In this document: positions 37,893-47,463 of the stretch, piece after piece
Position numbering within the stretch: the stretch's first letter is position 1
Layout: each line of letters opens with the position of its first letter
From: Minisyncoccota bacterium
GTDB taxonomy: Bacteria; Patescibacteriota; Minisyncoccia; Phycocordibacterales; JABAAK01
Reading direction: 5' to 3'
NCBI GenBank assembly: GCA_965204115.1
Contig: OZ241963.1
Location: forward strand, 10,632 to 74,631
Length of the DNA stretch: 64,000 nt
Notes under the pieces: model-generated
The model's database searches: none
Told to the model about the DNA's origin: nothing
Seen by the model: only the letters and a program-made list of their open reading frames with translations
Position numbers and translations under genes: made by a program

Positions 37893-38494
37893 ACTATTTT
37901 GTCTATTTTGTTATTTATATGTATTTGGTTTTCAAATACATATCTGAGAGATGACTTGAATTCCCCAAATTTATCCAAGAACTCTCCAAAACACTTGTCT
38001 TTATCCTTAAAATCATATTGGTGGTGTGCCATCCTAGTAAGAGTGCCGTATATCTCCCCGATCTTTTTATTAATGACTTCTTTGCTGTGTGCAGACCCGG
38101 TGTTTCTGATTGCGGATCCCTTTCTCTCTGTATCGCCACTCATTTTTTTGCTACTATTACTCCAAAATGGATAGAGTATTTCCCTAAGAGAACACGCCAT
38201 TTGAGCGATACTGTATATATCTTTCGTGCGCCCATCCTGCATCAATGATTTACAACTCATAAACATTTTTGTTGGAGATAGCCCCTCTATTCCGTTCGTT
38301 CTATACAGGTTTTCTAACTCCCTGCATAATTTTTTTTCTTCCTTGTCCAATGCTGGCTCCACCGGCTCCTTGTCGCCGGGTGAAACATATGTTTTATTAA
38401 AACTGATATTGATTCCAAATATTTTCACTTCATCAATTTTTAGTCCGAATATGGAAAACATGCTGTCATTGTACATGATGCTCATGTTTTGCAT
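37889..38494 (-). CDS. hypothetical 201-aa protein, first gene of a two-gene AT-rich cassette
   Basis: ORF with K/D/E-rich composition. Its stop overlaps the start of the 965-aa gene. Lies immediately beside tRNA-Ala. Confidence 0.5.
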   Translation of the reverse strand: MQNMSIMYNDSMFSIFGLKIDEVKIFGINISFNKTYVSPGDKEPVEPALDKEEKKLCRELENLYRTNGIEGLSPTKMFMSCKSLMQDGRTKDIYSIAQMACSLREILYPFWSNSSKKMSGDTERKGSAIRNTGSAHSKEVINKKIGEIYGTLTRMAHHQYDFKDKDKCFGEFLDKFGEFKSSLRYVFENQIHINNKIDKIV

Positions 38495-38578
38495 GCGAGT
38501 AAGGAAATCCGTAGTTTCCGCAAACCTCCGATGAGGTTGTGTGGGTGGAAGGGGGCGGGGCAGTAAGGGTTTATTGAG

Positions 38579-38653
38579 TGGACCCGACAGGGCTCGAACC
38601 TGCGACCTCCGGAGTGCAAAACCGGTGCTCTAAGCCAACTGAGCTACGGGCCC
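38579..38653 (-). tRNA. tRNA-Ala (anticodon UGC), CCA not encoded
   Basis: Reverse complement is GGGCCCGTAGCTCAGTTGGCTTAGAGCACCGGTTTTGCACTCCGGAGGTCGCAGGTTCGAGCCCTGTCGGGTCCA. It has the G3:U70 alanine identity pair, anticodon loop TTTGCAC and T-loop TTCGAGC. Confidence 0.8.
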
Positions 38654-38714
38654 TTACTAGGTAGTTATTATTATACTACACAGTAGGGCATTTGTGTAGT
38701 ATACTTACTATACT

Positions 38715-38960
38715 ATGGGAATAAAAGGATTTTTGACCAAGAAGATGTTGGAAAGTCAGCTGAAGCATATGCCAGAGGAGCAGCGGAAGTTGTTTTTGCG
38801 GATGTATGATGAGAACCCCGGTATGTTTGAAGAGATCGCGAAGGAGGTGAAGGAGAAGAAGAAGAGCGGGCAGGATGAGATGCTCGCTGCTGCCGCGGTG
38901 ATGCGCAAGTATCAACCACAGATGCAGGAGTTGCTGAAAAAAATGGGGCATACTAAATAG
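38715..38960 (+). CDS. small hypothetical protein
   Basis: 81-aa charged ORF directly upstream of a membrane protein gene. No motif recognised. Confidence 0.4.
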   Translation: MGIKGFLTKKMLESQLKHMPEEQRKLFLRMYDENPGMFEEIAKEVKEKKKSGQDEMLAAAAVMRKYQPQMQELLKKMGHTK

Positions 38961-38963
38961 TGT

Positions 38964-39527
38964 ATGGATATTCCCGTCACTTTTCTTTCGTTACTTGAGA
39001 ACTATATCGTCGGTGTGCTGCTCGGTGCGTCTACCTTGGCGGTGATTTCGTACGGAATTAGTTTGCGATTCGGGTATCCGCAGGAGGGAGTGGGGAACGC
39101 GCTTATGCAGAGCATCTACACGATACTCCGCTTGTTTCATATTTTCTTTGTTATCCTGGTGGCACTCTATATCGCGGTGTTCGGTATTCTGGACGGCATT
39201 CCTGAGGTGTGGTATGAGTACGGGGTGAAGGCGTTTGCGCTGATTGTGAACGCGGTTGTGGCGTTCGGTATGGCGCGGTCGCATAGATTGTTTCCCGTTG
39301 ACTACTTTGCGCCGGTGATTGGTGCGGGGTGGTATTTTTTGGCGTCGTACCATTCCTACTACAGTGCGGTGGGGGTGCAGGCGACCGATGTTGTCGGCGC
39401 GGCGGTGCTGTACTTTGTGCTGCTCGGGATTTTCCAGCTGCTATTTTTGGCTATGCGGCGTTTTGTGCGCCCTGTCGGTACGGGTGGAGGCACGGATGGG
39501 AACGCGGATGGGGCATCTTATGAATAA
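38964..39527 (+). CDS. hypothetical polytopic membrane protein
   Basis: 187 aa with about five hydrophobic segments. Confidence 0.5.
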   Translation: MDIPVTFLSLLENYIVGVLLGASTLAVISYGISLRFGYPQEGVGNALMQSIYTILRLFHIFFVILVALYIAVFGILDGIPEVWYEYGVKAFALIVNAVVAFGMARSHRLFPVDYFAPVIGAGWYFLASYHSYYSAVGVQATDVVGAAVLYFVLLGIFQLLFLAMRRFVRPVGTGGGTDGNADGASYE

Positions 39528-39537
39528 ATAATGACTT

Positions 39538-40125
39538 ATGAATATGCAAAAAAGAAAAATTTTCCTTCTGAACGCGAATCCGGTTCCGACATCGTTTTCG
39601 TATGCGTGCAGTAATGCCTACCACAGCGCGGCAGAGCAGGCGGGTGCTGAGGTGATACGGTTTAACATTGAGGAAATGGATTTTGATTCAACGCTGCACA
39701 AGGGGTATGAAGAGATTCAGGAGTTGGAGCCGGATCTTCTGGCGTTTCAAAAGGCGATTCGCTCGGCGGATCATTTGGTGTTTGTGTATCCGAACTGGTG
39801 GAACACCATGCCGGCGAAAATGAAGGGGCTCTTTGATCGTGCGTTCCTCCCGAAATTTGCTTTCGCTTTTGAGGACAATAAATTTAAACCGCTCCTTGTT
39901 GGGAAAACCGGTCGAATTATTAACATCGTCGGCTCAGCGCATCCGTTTTTCCTCTGGTGCTCTATTGGCTCGTATACCAACGAGTTGTCGAAGGGTATTC
40001 TTGGCGCTTGTGGAGTGAAGCCGGTCGCCTGTACCAGTTTTGGTGCGACTCGTAATTCCTCCGATGAAAAACGGCAGAAGTGGCTTGACCAGGTTCGCGC
40101 TATGGCGGCAAAAGATGCGCGGTAG
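39538..40125 (+). CDS. NAD(P)H-dependent oxidoreductase, flavodoxin-like fold (NAD(P)H dehydrogenase (quinone)-like)
   Basis: KIFLLNANP....S....A......GAEV..FNI..M, then HLVFVYPNWWNTMPAKMKGLFDR, resembles the Flavodoxin_2 family. Confidence 0.55.
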   Translation: MNMQKRKIFLLNANPVPTSFSYACSNAYHSAAEQAGAEVIRFNIEEMDFDSTLHKGYEEIQELEPDLLAFQKAIRSADHLVFVYPNWWNTMPAKMKGLFDRAFLPKFAFAFEDNKFKPLLVGKTGRIINIVGSAHPFFLWCSIGSYTNELSKGILGACGVKPVACTSFGATRNSSDEKRQKWLDQVRAMAAKDAR

Positions 40126-40173
40126 CTGGTGGAGATGTGGCTCATAGCCCGCTGATATGTTATACTAACCGTA

Positions 40174-40605
40174 ATGAAAGTAGTACTCTTGGAGGATATA
40201 AAAGGGCTTGGGGTGCGTGGGGATGTGTGTACCGTTGGAGACGGGTATGCGCTGAATTTTTTGATACCGCAAAAGAAGGCGCTTGAAACGAAGGATGAAC
40301 GGGGGGCGCAGGTGGTGCGGCAGAAGGCGATGCAGGACAAGCGACGAGAGGAGCAGGCTGAGAAAGAGCAGAGTGTTGTGAAAATATTGCCGGATACGGT
40401 CACTCTGCGTGTGCCGGTGAATGAGCAGGGGACTTTGTTCAGTGCGGTGACTGCGGATACTATTGTGCAGCACCTCGGCGAGCAGGATATTCCGACTGCG
40501 CCGCAGCAATTTTCAATGGAGCCGATTAAAGAGGTCGGTGAATATACGATAGACTACAAGCAAGGTGAGAAATCCATCACCGTTATTGTAGAAAAAGAAG
40601 AGTAA
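40174..40605 (+). CDS. rplI: 50S ribosomal protein L9
   Basis: MKVVLLEDIKGLGVRGDVCTVGDGYALNFLIP matches the L9 N-domain. Confidence 0.8.
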   Translation: MKVVLLEDIKGLGVRGDVCTVGDGYALNFLIPQKKALETKDERGAQVVRQKAMQDKRREEQAEKEQSVVKILPDTVTLRVPVNEQGTLFSAVTADTIVQHLGEQDIPTAPQQFSMEPIKEVGEYTIDYKQGEKSITVIVEKEE

Positions 40606-40616
40606 GGCAAGTACTT

Positions 40617-41639
40617 ATGACTGATATTCTTGAGAGCACATTAACAACAATTTTCCAGCCGTACAAGGGTGTTCTTGCGGCGGATGAGCGGCCGTCGTCT
40701 ATGGATAAGCGGCTGCAGGAGTACGGTATAGCGGATGGTGAGGCGATGCGTGCTCGGTATCGGGAGATACTGTTTTCAACGCCGAATTTTGAGCGGACGA
40801 TCAGTGGGGTCATTATGGCAGCGGAATCATTCACTGAGCATACGATGAATGGCGTGCCGACCCGTGATTTTTTGCGGGAGTTGGGTATTGCGGTCGGGGT
40901 GAAAGTTGACGGTGGGCTGGAGCCGTATGAGGGCAGTGGTACTTTGCAGCGGACGGTCGGGCTGGACGGGCTGGATGACCGCTGCAGGGAGTATCAGGAG
41001 CAGGGGGCGCGATTTACGAAGTGGCGGTCGGCGATTCCGGTGGTCGGTGCGACTGATGATTTCATAGCGGCAGTAGCGGCGGATATGGCGGCTTATGCGG
41101 CGTGCGCGCTCAAGCACAACTTGGTGCCTATTGTCGAGCCGGAGCTATTGCTGAGCGGGGATCATACGGTTGAAGATACCGAGAACGCCTGTCTGAAGAC
41201 CCTGCCGGTAGTGCTTGATGCGTTGCGGGAGAAGGGGTGCAATACGAAGCGTATTATTTTGAAAACTTCATTTATAACAGACGGGTTGGTTGATGGTGTG
41301 TTGTCCGCGGATGAGACGGCGGAGCGGACACTGGCGATATTCAAGAAGATCGGGCTTGGCGGCAGCAAAGGATTTTATGGCATCGTCTTTCTTTCGGGTG
41401 GGCTGGAATCGAAGACGGCGATTGCCTACATCCAGCGCATCAAAGCGCTTGCTGAGCAGGAGTCGTTCGGTGTGCCGCTCTCGTTCTCGTATGCCCGCGC
41501 GCTGCAGGAGCCGGTGCTGCAGGAGTGGAAAGGGGAGGAGGCGAATGTTCTGAGCGCGCAGCTGGCGTTCACCCAGACCTTACAGCATGCTATTAAGAAG
41601 TACAAGGGGATTGAAGAGGCACCGCAGTGCGGCGCGTAG
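40617..41639 (+). CDS. fructose-bisphosphate aldolase, class I
   Basis: KGVLAADERPSSMDKRL..., ISGVIMAAESF, IVPIVEPELLLSGDH and IVFLSGG....SFSYARALQ align convincingly with eukaryotic-type class I FBA. Confidence 0.8.
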   Translation: MTDILESTLTTIFQPYKGVLAADERPSSMDKRLQEYGIADGEAMRARYREILFSTPNFERTISGVIMAAESFTEHTMNGVPTRDFLRELGIAVGVKVDGGLEPYEGSGTLQRTVGLDGLDDRCREYQEQGARFTKWRSAIPVVGATDDFIAAVAADMAAYAACALKHNLVPIVEPELLLSGDHTVEDTENACLKTLPVVLDALREKGCNTKRIILKTSFITDGLVDGVLSADETAERTLAIFKKIGLGGSKGFYGIVFLSGGLESKTAIAYIQRIKALAEQESFGVPLSFSYARALQEPVLQEWKGEEANVLSAQLAFTQTLQHAIKKYKGIEEAPQCGA

Positions 41640-41694
41640 CTGCTCGGTATATTGGTTATGGGGAAAAAGGAGTATTATATAGCATATATAGGGT

Positions 41695-42474
41695 ATGGCT
41701 GAAAAGGAGATAATTATTGCGGGAAGCAAGGTGCGCTATGGCGAGGTGTGTGATGACGGTGCCGGTGTGGTGTATATATTTTTGCACGGCTGGGGGAGTG
41801 ATCACACTATTTTTACCTCGTTGTTCGGGCTGGTTGACTGTGCGGTGGCGTTGGACTTCCCGGGGTTTGGCGGTAGCTCGCCGCTGCGGGAGGCGTGGGG
41901 TCTGGGGCGGTATGCGGGGGTGCTGCGGGAGTTTGTGGAGAAGGTGTCGGACGGCAGGGAGGTGGTGTTTGTGGCACATTCATTCGGTGGGCGGGTGTTG
42001 CTGCAGATGCTCAGTCAGCAGGGCAAGATGCCGGGTGTGCGGCGTGTTATCTGTATGGGTTTGCCGTTTACGCGGGAGCAGCGGGCGGTGTATCCCTATC
42101 TTTTTTCAGCTCTTAAGGTTGCGAAAGCTGTGGCGCGTCTGTTGCCGAAAACGGTCAACCGAAAAGTGCGGCAGTGGTGGTGTGAGCGCGTTGGTGCGGA
42201 TGACTACGCGGCGCTTGAAAGTGAACCGATGAAAAAAACTTTTCAGCGGATTATCAATGCTGATATGCAGCGGCTTGCGGAGTCGCTTCGTGACTATGAC
42301 ACCGTCTTTATCTGGGGTGTGGATGATGACGCTGCGCCGATTGCTGATGCTGAGGCGGTCGCGGAGCGGGTTGGTGCTCAGCTGCACGCTGTTGCGGGCG
42401 GCGATCACTTTCCGTTTCTCGGTGATACCGCAGAATCGTTTCAGACCATTTTCACTAAAAGTATACGCCTATGA
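41695..42474 (+). CDS. alpha/beta-fold hydrolase
   Basis: VVYIFLHGWGSDHTIF and the nucleophile elbow VAHSFGGRV (G.S.G). Confidence 0.6.
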   Translation: MAEKEIIIAGSKVRYGEVCDDGAGVVYIFLHGWGSDHTIFTSLFGLVDCAVALDFPGFGGSSPLREAWGLGRYAGVLREFVEKVSDGREVVFVAHSFGGRVLLQMLSQQGKMPGVRRVICMGLPFTREQRAVYPYLFSALKVAKAVARLLPKTVNRKVRQWWCERVGADDYAALESEPMKKTFQRIINADMQRLAESLRDYDTVFIWGVDDDAAPIADAEAVAERVGAQLHAVAGGDHFPFLGDTAESFQTIFTKSIRL

Positions 42475-43859
42475 TTATACAAAACCTTCTTTACATATAC
42501 CAGCTGGAACACTACGACAGGAAGCGATTTCTGATCTTTGCCTATACCCACCCTAATTGGTTTGCGCTGCGAAAGCGGGCGGCGCTTGATTGGACGCACC
42601 GGATTGGTTTGATTTTTTCTGTGTGTATGGTGCTGGTGCTGCTGCCTGCGGTGATTGTGCATTTCTTGTGGGGTTTTTGGTGGATGGTTGTGCTGCTGCT
42701 CTGCTGTGTGCCGTTGCTGCCGTTGCTGCTTGTCGCTGCCGACACTATGATGTCGCCGCTCGTGACCCTGAAAAAGAATAATCTTGTGTTGCTGGCGAAG
42801 GGGGTTATTCGTTCAGGGAAGCAGAAGAAGCTGGTGACCGTCGGCATTACCGGCAGTTTCGGCAAGACGAGTGTGAAGCATATTCTGCTGAGCGTTTTGC
42901 GGGAAAAGTACACCGTTTTTTCTTTTCCGGGGAATATCAATACTGATATCGGGGTGGCACAGTACATTCTGAAGCACCGGGAGGAGGTTATCGCGGCGGA
43001 TGTGCTGGTTGCTGAGATGGGGGCGTATAGGCGGGGGGATATCAGGCGGCTGTGTGCGATTATTGAGCCGGACTACTCGCTGACGACGGCGATTGGGGAG
43101 TGTCATTTGGAGCGTTTCGGCTCACTGATGAATATCGTTGCCGCGAAGTTTGAGCTGGCGAATGCGACGCGGAAAAAGGCGTTTTTGAATATGGATGATG
43201 AGAATATTAAGAAGCACGCGCCGATCAGGGTGAAGCGGTCTGTCACGGTGGAGCAGGTGTTCGGCAGTGTGTGTATGAAGGCAGTGCAGTCGTTGCCTGA
43301 CTTTGCCGGTACCTCGTTTGTCTATGAGGGTACCTCCTTCACTACCAAGCTTGTGGCAGCGTATGTGACCGATCTTGCGGCGCTGGCATTCGCGCTTGCC
43401 CGTGAGCTGGGGATGTCTGTGGCGGCGATTAAGCAGGGATTTGAGCAGGTTGGGTATATGCCGCATCGGCTGCAAATTATGCGTAATGAGGCGGAAGATA
43501 GGGTAGTGATTGATGATAGTTATAACGGGAACTATGACGGCTTTTTGGCGGGTTTAGCGGTGCTTGCGCGGGCAAAGGGGCGTAAGGTGGTGCTGACGCC
43601 GGGGATTGTTGAACTCGGCGCGAAACGGTCAGAGCAGGTGCATACCGCACTGGCAAAAAACTATGCCACAAATGTTGATTTGTTGCTACTTGTCAAGAAT
43701 AAAAATACGGAGTATATAGTAAGGGTGCTGCGGAGGATGGGGTACAATACTTTTAAGGTGTATGATACTGCTCGGGAGGCGCACGATGATCTGCCGCATG
43801 TGCTGGAGAACGGCGACACTATTTTATTTCAAAACGATGTTACTGATAATTACCTATAA
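42471..43859 (+). CDS. murF: Mur ligase family protein, probably UDP-MurNAc-pentapeptide synthetase MurF (membrane-anchored N-terminus)
   Basis: ATP-binding GITGSFGKTSVK. Located directly upstream of ddl, as in many bacteria. Hydrophobic N-terminal segments. Confidence 0.55.
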   Translation: MIIQNLLYIYQLEHYDRKRFLIFAYTHPNWFALRKRAALDWTHRIGLIFSVCMVLVLLPAVIVHFLWGFWWMVVLLLCCVPLLPLLLVAADTMMSPLVTLKKNNLVLLAKGVIRSGKQKKLVTVGITGSFGKTSVKHILLSVLREKYTVFSFPGNINTDIGVAQYILKHREEVIAADVLVAEMGAYRRGDIRRLCAIIEPDYSLTTAIGECHLERFGSLMNIVAAKFELANATRKKAFLNMDDENIKKHAPIRVKRSVTVEQVFGSVCMKAVQSLPDFAGTSFVYEGTSFTTKLVAAYVTDLAALAFALARELGMSVAAIKQGFEQVGYMPHRLQIMRNEAEDRVVIDDSYNGNYDGFLAGLAVLARAKGRKVVLTPGIVELGAKRSEQVHTALAKNYATNVDLLLLVKNKNTEYIVRVLRRMGYNTFKVYDTAREAHDDLPHVLENGDTILFQNDVTDNYL

Positions 43860-43865
43860 TTTTTT

Positions 43866-45068
43866 ATGAACACTTTAGAAGATATACAGGACAAAACCAT
43901 CGGTGTTTTTTTCGGAGGACAAAGTCCTGAGCATGAGATCTCTATTATTACCGGTGAGTTTATTATCGCCGAGATGAAGAAAATGGGGCTTTCGGTGGCG
44001 GCGGTGTACATTGGTCGGGATGGCGCGTGGTATACCGATGAGCGTATAGCAAAACTGGCATTTTTTAAAGAAGAGTACGAAAAGGCGCTGCAGGAGCTGC
44101 CGGAATACTACCTCAATCTCGGCCGCTCGGAGTATCGGCTGGCGCTGCAGCAGCGCGGCGTTTTCGGTGTTGGCAAGGTGAACATTGATTACATTTTCCC
44201 GGCGTTTCACGGGCTGGGTGGCGAGGACGGGACGGTGCAGGGGCTGGCAGAGTTTTTTCAGGTGCCGTATGCCGGCTGCGGTATCTATGCGTCCGCGATC
44301 GCGGTTGATAAGGTGCTGACCAAGCAGGTGTTGCAGTCGCTGGATATTCCGACCACGGAGTTTCTGGTGGTGCAGAAGCAGGCGTATGAAGAGCAGGCAG
44401 ATGCGATTGAGAAACAGATACAGGACACTCTTGGACTGCCGGTGTTTATCAAGCCCGCCCGCTCCGGGTCGTCTATCGGTATTACTAAGGTTAAAGAGGC
44501 GAGTGCTCTGCGGGACGCGCTGAATCTTGCTCTTTACTATGATCCGAAAGTTATTGTTGAGCGGTCTGTTGAAAATATTGCTGATGTGACCTGTGCGGTG
44601 CTCAGCGATGGGGAAACGGTGCAGGTTTCAGAGGTGCAGGAGTCGCTGTTTCAGTCGGACTTGTTTGACTACAGCGTGAAGTATCTTGAAGACGGCGGCG
44701 CGCAAACCGGCAAGGCAGAGTCCAATCTGGTAATTCCGGCGGGCATCTCACCGGAGCATACCGAGCAGGTCAAAGACATCAGTAAGAAGCTTTTTAAGGC
44801 GCTGGAAGCCAATGGCACTATGCGCGTTGACTTCCTGCTTAATAAAGAGACCGGTGATCTCTTTGCGAACGAGGTAAATACCCTCCCCGGCACCCTCTAT
44901 CATCACCTTTGGAAAAAGTCCGGCACCGAGATTAGTGTTGTCCTTGAAATGATGCTCAAAAACGGCATGCACCGCTGGAAAGAAAGCTGTGAAATTCACA
45001 ATGACTACGCCACTGATGTGCTCACCGGCGCTCAGCAGACGAAATTGCAGCAGCAGGAGCAAGTATAG
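43866..45068 (+). CDS. ddl: D-alanine--D-alanine ligase
   Basis: IGVFFGGQSPEHEISIITG, FPAFHGLGGEDGTVQGLAEF and LPVFIKPARSGSSIGITKV are hallmark Ddl motifs. Confidence 0.8.
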   Translation: MNTLEDIQDKTIGVFFGGQSPEHEISIITGEFIIAEMKKMGLSVAAVYIGRDGAWYTDERIAKLAFFKEEYEKALQELPEYYLNLGRSEYRLALQQRGVFGVGKVNIDYIFPAFHGLGGEDGTVQGLAEFFQVPYAGCGIYASAIAVDKVLTKQVLQSLDIPTTEFLVVQKQAYEEQADAIEKQIQDTLGLPVFIKPARSGSSIGITKVKEASALRDALNLALYYDPKVIVERSVENIADVTCAVLSDGETVQVSEVQESLFQSDLFDYSVKYLEDGGAQTGKAESNLVIPAGISPEHTEQVKDISKKLFKALEANGTMRVDFLLNKETGDLFANEVNTLPGTLYHHLWKKSGTEISVVLEMMLKNGMHRWKESCEIHNDYATDVLTGAQQTKLQQQEQV

Positions 45069-45076
45069 TATGCAAA

Positions 45077-45114
45077 AAGACCTATCCACAGATGTAGACA
45101 GGTCTTTGTTTTTT
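45077..45114. terminator. bidirectional terminator between ddl and the convergent minus-strand gene
   Basis: aagacct / aggtctt stem followed by tgtttttt. Confidence 0.45.
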
Positions 45115-45751
45115 AGTATTCAAGCAGAGTACGCACTCTGTTGAATACCGGTAGTTGCGGACAGACGCACGCACCGATAAGTCCGGCGATCGCTGCGAGT
45201 GTCAGCAAGGTGAGAAAACCAATGAACAGTACTTTTACCGCTTGTTCCCCGGAGGGGAGTTGTGGGAGTGAGGGGAGTGTGACCGGGACTTTTTCCTCAT
45301 AGAGTGAGGTGTATATGTCCCCTGGACGCATCATGCTGTGACGATTTTTGTCGCTATTTGCGTGTTCGGCATGTTGCCGTCCCATCTCGTAGCACTGCTC
45401 AAGGTGTTGAGCAATGTACTGCTGGTCGGCACCCGCCTTGCGCAGGATGGAGCGATATCGGCCACTCCTTTTCATCGTGCGTACATTTTCCTCTACGATC
45501 TCCTTCATGTGAGCAATCTCCATTTTATGGGACAGCCCCTTTAGTTGGCTGTAGTAGCCGGCGTTGAGCGTTTCTCCCGATATTTTTATGAAGAAGGATT
45601 GCTCTCGGTCTGAAAGTCGTTCGTAAATCTCGTTCACCTGTGTTTGGCTGTGGTTGTACGATGTCATCGCTGTTGCCGAAAACACAATGAAAGCCACGCA
45701 GATTAACGATCTAAAAAATTTTTTCAATTTTCTTCCTCCTTTAATACTCAA
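45113..45751 (-). CDS. hypothetical secreted protein with C-terminal hydrophobic anchor and conserved tail GACVCPQLPVFNRVRTLLEY
   Basis: Signal-peptide-like N-terminus. Paralog of the adjacent gene. The C-terminal ~30 aa are shared. Confidence 0.5.
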   Translation of the reverse strand: MSIKGGRKLKKFFRSLICVAFIVFSATAMTSYNHSQTQVNEIYERLSDREQSFFIKISGETLNAGYYSQLKGLSHKMEIAHMKEIVEENVRTMKRSGRYRSILRKAGADQQYIAQHLEQCYEMGRQHAEHANSDKNRHSMMRPGDIYTSLYEEKVPVTLPSLPQLPSGEQAVKVLFIGFLTLLTLAAIAGLIGACVCPQLPVFNRVRTLLEY

Positions 45752-46517
45752 GCATTTTGCGTACTTGCTTGAATACGGGGAGTTTTGGGCAACAGCAAGC
45801 GCCGACGAGTGCGACGACCGCTGTTACTACCAGTAGGATGAGTGCGCCAACAAGAGAAAACTTGCCGACTGCGTTCCAGCTAATGGTAGTGGCCATTTTT
45901 TCTTTGCTGCCGATGCCTTCAGGCATCTTTTCGGCAGTGACTGGTTTCGGTTTGATAGACGCTTTCGGAAACACTTCTTTCGGATCCAGAGGTACCCAGT
46001 ACTCATTGCTGATATGGGCGTATACTCTTCCGAAGAATAACCCGTTCCAATACTCACCGTCACTAAAAAAGTGATGGCGTTTTGGTTGGGAAGATGCGGT
46101 GATGGTGCCACCGTGTATTGTTCCCGCTTCGTGTCGTCGAATGATGTAGCGAAGTAAATGTGTTTTTGTTGCATTCTTCGCCTCATGCAGGATGGCTTGA
46201 TAGAGGCCACCTTCTTTTAGTGCTTGGAGCCGACTCTTTGTTTTTGAGAGTTTTTCTCCGAACGCTGCATCTTTGGAGACCGCTTCCGTATAGTATCCGA
46301 GGAGATAGTTCTCCTGCAGGACGCTATTCAAAAGATCTTGCTCCTTCGTTTTCAAAGATCGGAAGAACTCTAAGATGTCGGTATTTTCCTGTAGGATTTC
46401 TCCCACAACTATCTTTTTCATCCTGTATTCACCCATGTTTTGTGAGTTTGCAGGAAGAGTGCTGATAGTGAGAAATAGGAACAACACCGCAAAAATGGCA
46501 GCAGATTTTAATTTCAC
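45741..46517 (-). CDS. hypothetical secreted protein, tandem paralog (tail GACCCPKLPVFKQVRKMLEY)
   Basis: Same architecture as 45113..45751: signal peptide, C-terminal TM, CxCP(K/Q)LPVF...LEY tail. Confidence 0.5.
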   Translation of the reverse strand: MKLKSAAIFAVLFLFLTISTLPANSQNMGEYRMKKIVVGEILQENTDILEFFRSLKTKEQDLLNSVLQENYLLGYYTEAVSKDAAFGEKLSKTKSRLQALKEGGLYQAILHEAKNATKTHLLRYIIRRHEAGTIHGGTITASSQPKRHHFFSDGEYWNGLFFGRVYAHISNEYWVPLDPKEVFPKASIKPKPVTAEKMPEGIGSKEKMATTISWNAVGKFSLVGALILLVVTAVVALVGACCCPKLPVFKQVRKMLEY

Positions 46518-46671
46518 CTACTGTACCTCCTTACTTTACATTTCCATTATTATACCAGAAATAGAGCTTTTTGTCTGCATTGACAGTTATGAAATATATG
46601 GCATAAAATAGGTGTATAAAGGACTAAAAATCAAGCAGTATCCGGTTATATAATATATCGTAAGATTGTCA

Positions 46672-47151
46672 TTAAGCTTCAGTAGCAGCAATATCAGCGA
46701 CGATGGGGCAGACCACCGCTTTGTAATCCTCGGATTGCATCGCAATGCTGGCGGTTCGTTCGCCGCAATTAAACACTATGTGCTTGTTGTCAAAGAGCGT
46801 TGTGTCGGCGTATACCGAGAGGTTGAATAGATTGCCGAACGGTGGGACTGCGCCGGGCAGCACGCCGTCCGTAAGAGTGGCCAATTCTTCCGGTGTGGCG
46901 AAGCGAATGTCTTTTGTGTGGATCACTTTTCGCAGCTTACTGTTTTTAAATTTTTTGTCGCCCGGTACTACCACCTGTATAAAGCCGATATCAGTCATCA
47001 GTATCAGTGCCTTTGCGCCCTCTGAGAGGGAGTAGTCCTTGCGTATTGCCGCCATCTCTTCGCTGGTGGTACCCGCTTCGTGCTCCATAAAGGTGTACGG
47101 AGTTTGATGCTCATCAAGGAGTGAGCGGATAGATGAGACGATGGGATGCAT
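46672..47151 (-). CDS. YbaK/ProX-family aminoacyl-tRNA deacylase
   Basis: 159 aa with GVLPGAVPPFGNLF, the family G...G..PP.G signature. Confidence 0.6.
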   Translation of the reverse strand: MHPIVSSIRSLLDEHQTPYTFMEHEAGTTSEEMAAIRKDYSLSEGAKALILMTDIGFIQVVVPGDKKFKNSKLRKVIHTKDIRFATPEELATLTDGVLPGAVPPFGNLFNLSVYADTTLFDNKHIVFNCGERTASIAMQSEDYKAVVCPIVADIAATEA

Positions 47152-47163
47152 ACAACAGACATT

Positions 47164-47442
47164 CTACACCGATTCAATCGTGGCGACCGTGCGACTCTTT
47201 GCCTTGCCGGTGAAGTTTGTTTTTCTTCGTGTGATAAACCGAACGATACCGTCCTGGAGCGCGAATAGTGTGTGATCTTTGCCAATGCCGATGCCTTTGC
47301 CGGCAAGGATACGCAGCCCTCGCTGACGAACCAACACCTCGCCGATGCGCACCTGCTGACCGTTACCCCGCTTGATGCCGAGAAACTTTGGTTTTGAGTC
47401 GCGTAAACTTTTTGCGGATCCTCCCGCTTTCCTATGTGCCAT
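47164..47442 (-). CDS. rpmA: 50S ribosomal protein L27
   Basis: [31 protein letters not shown]...[12 protein letters not shown]. The track ORF is N-extended; I prefer ATG 47442. Confidence 0.85.
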   Translation of the reverse strand: MAHRKAGGSAKSLRDSKPKFLGIKRGNGQQVRIGEVLVRQRGLRILAGKGIGIGKDHTLFALQDGIVRFITRRKTNFTGKAKSRTVATIESV

Positions 47443-47463
47443 AATGCTATTAGTATACAGCAT

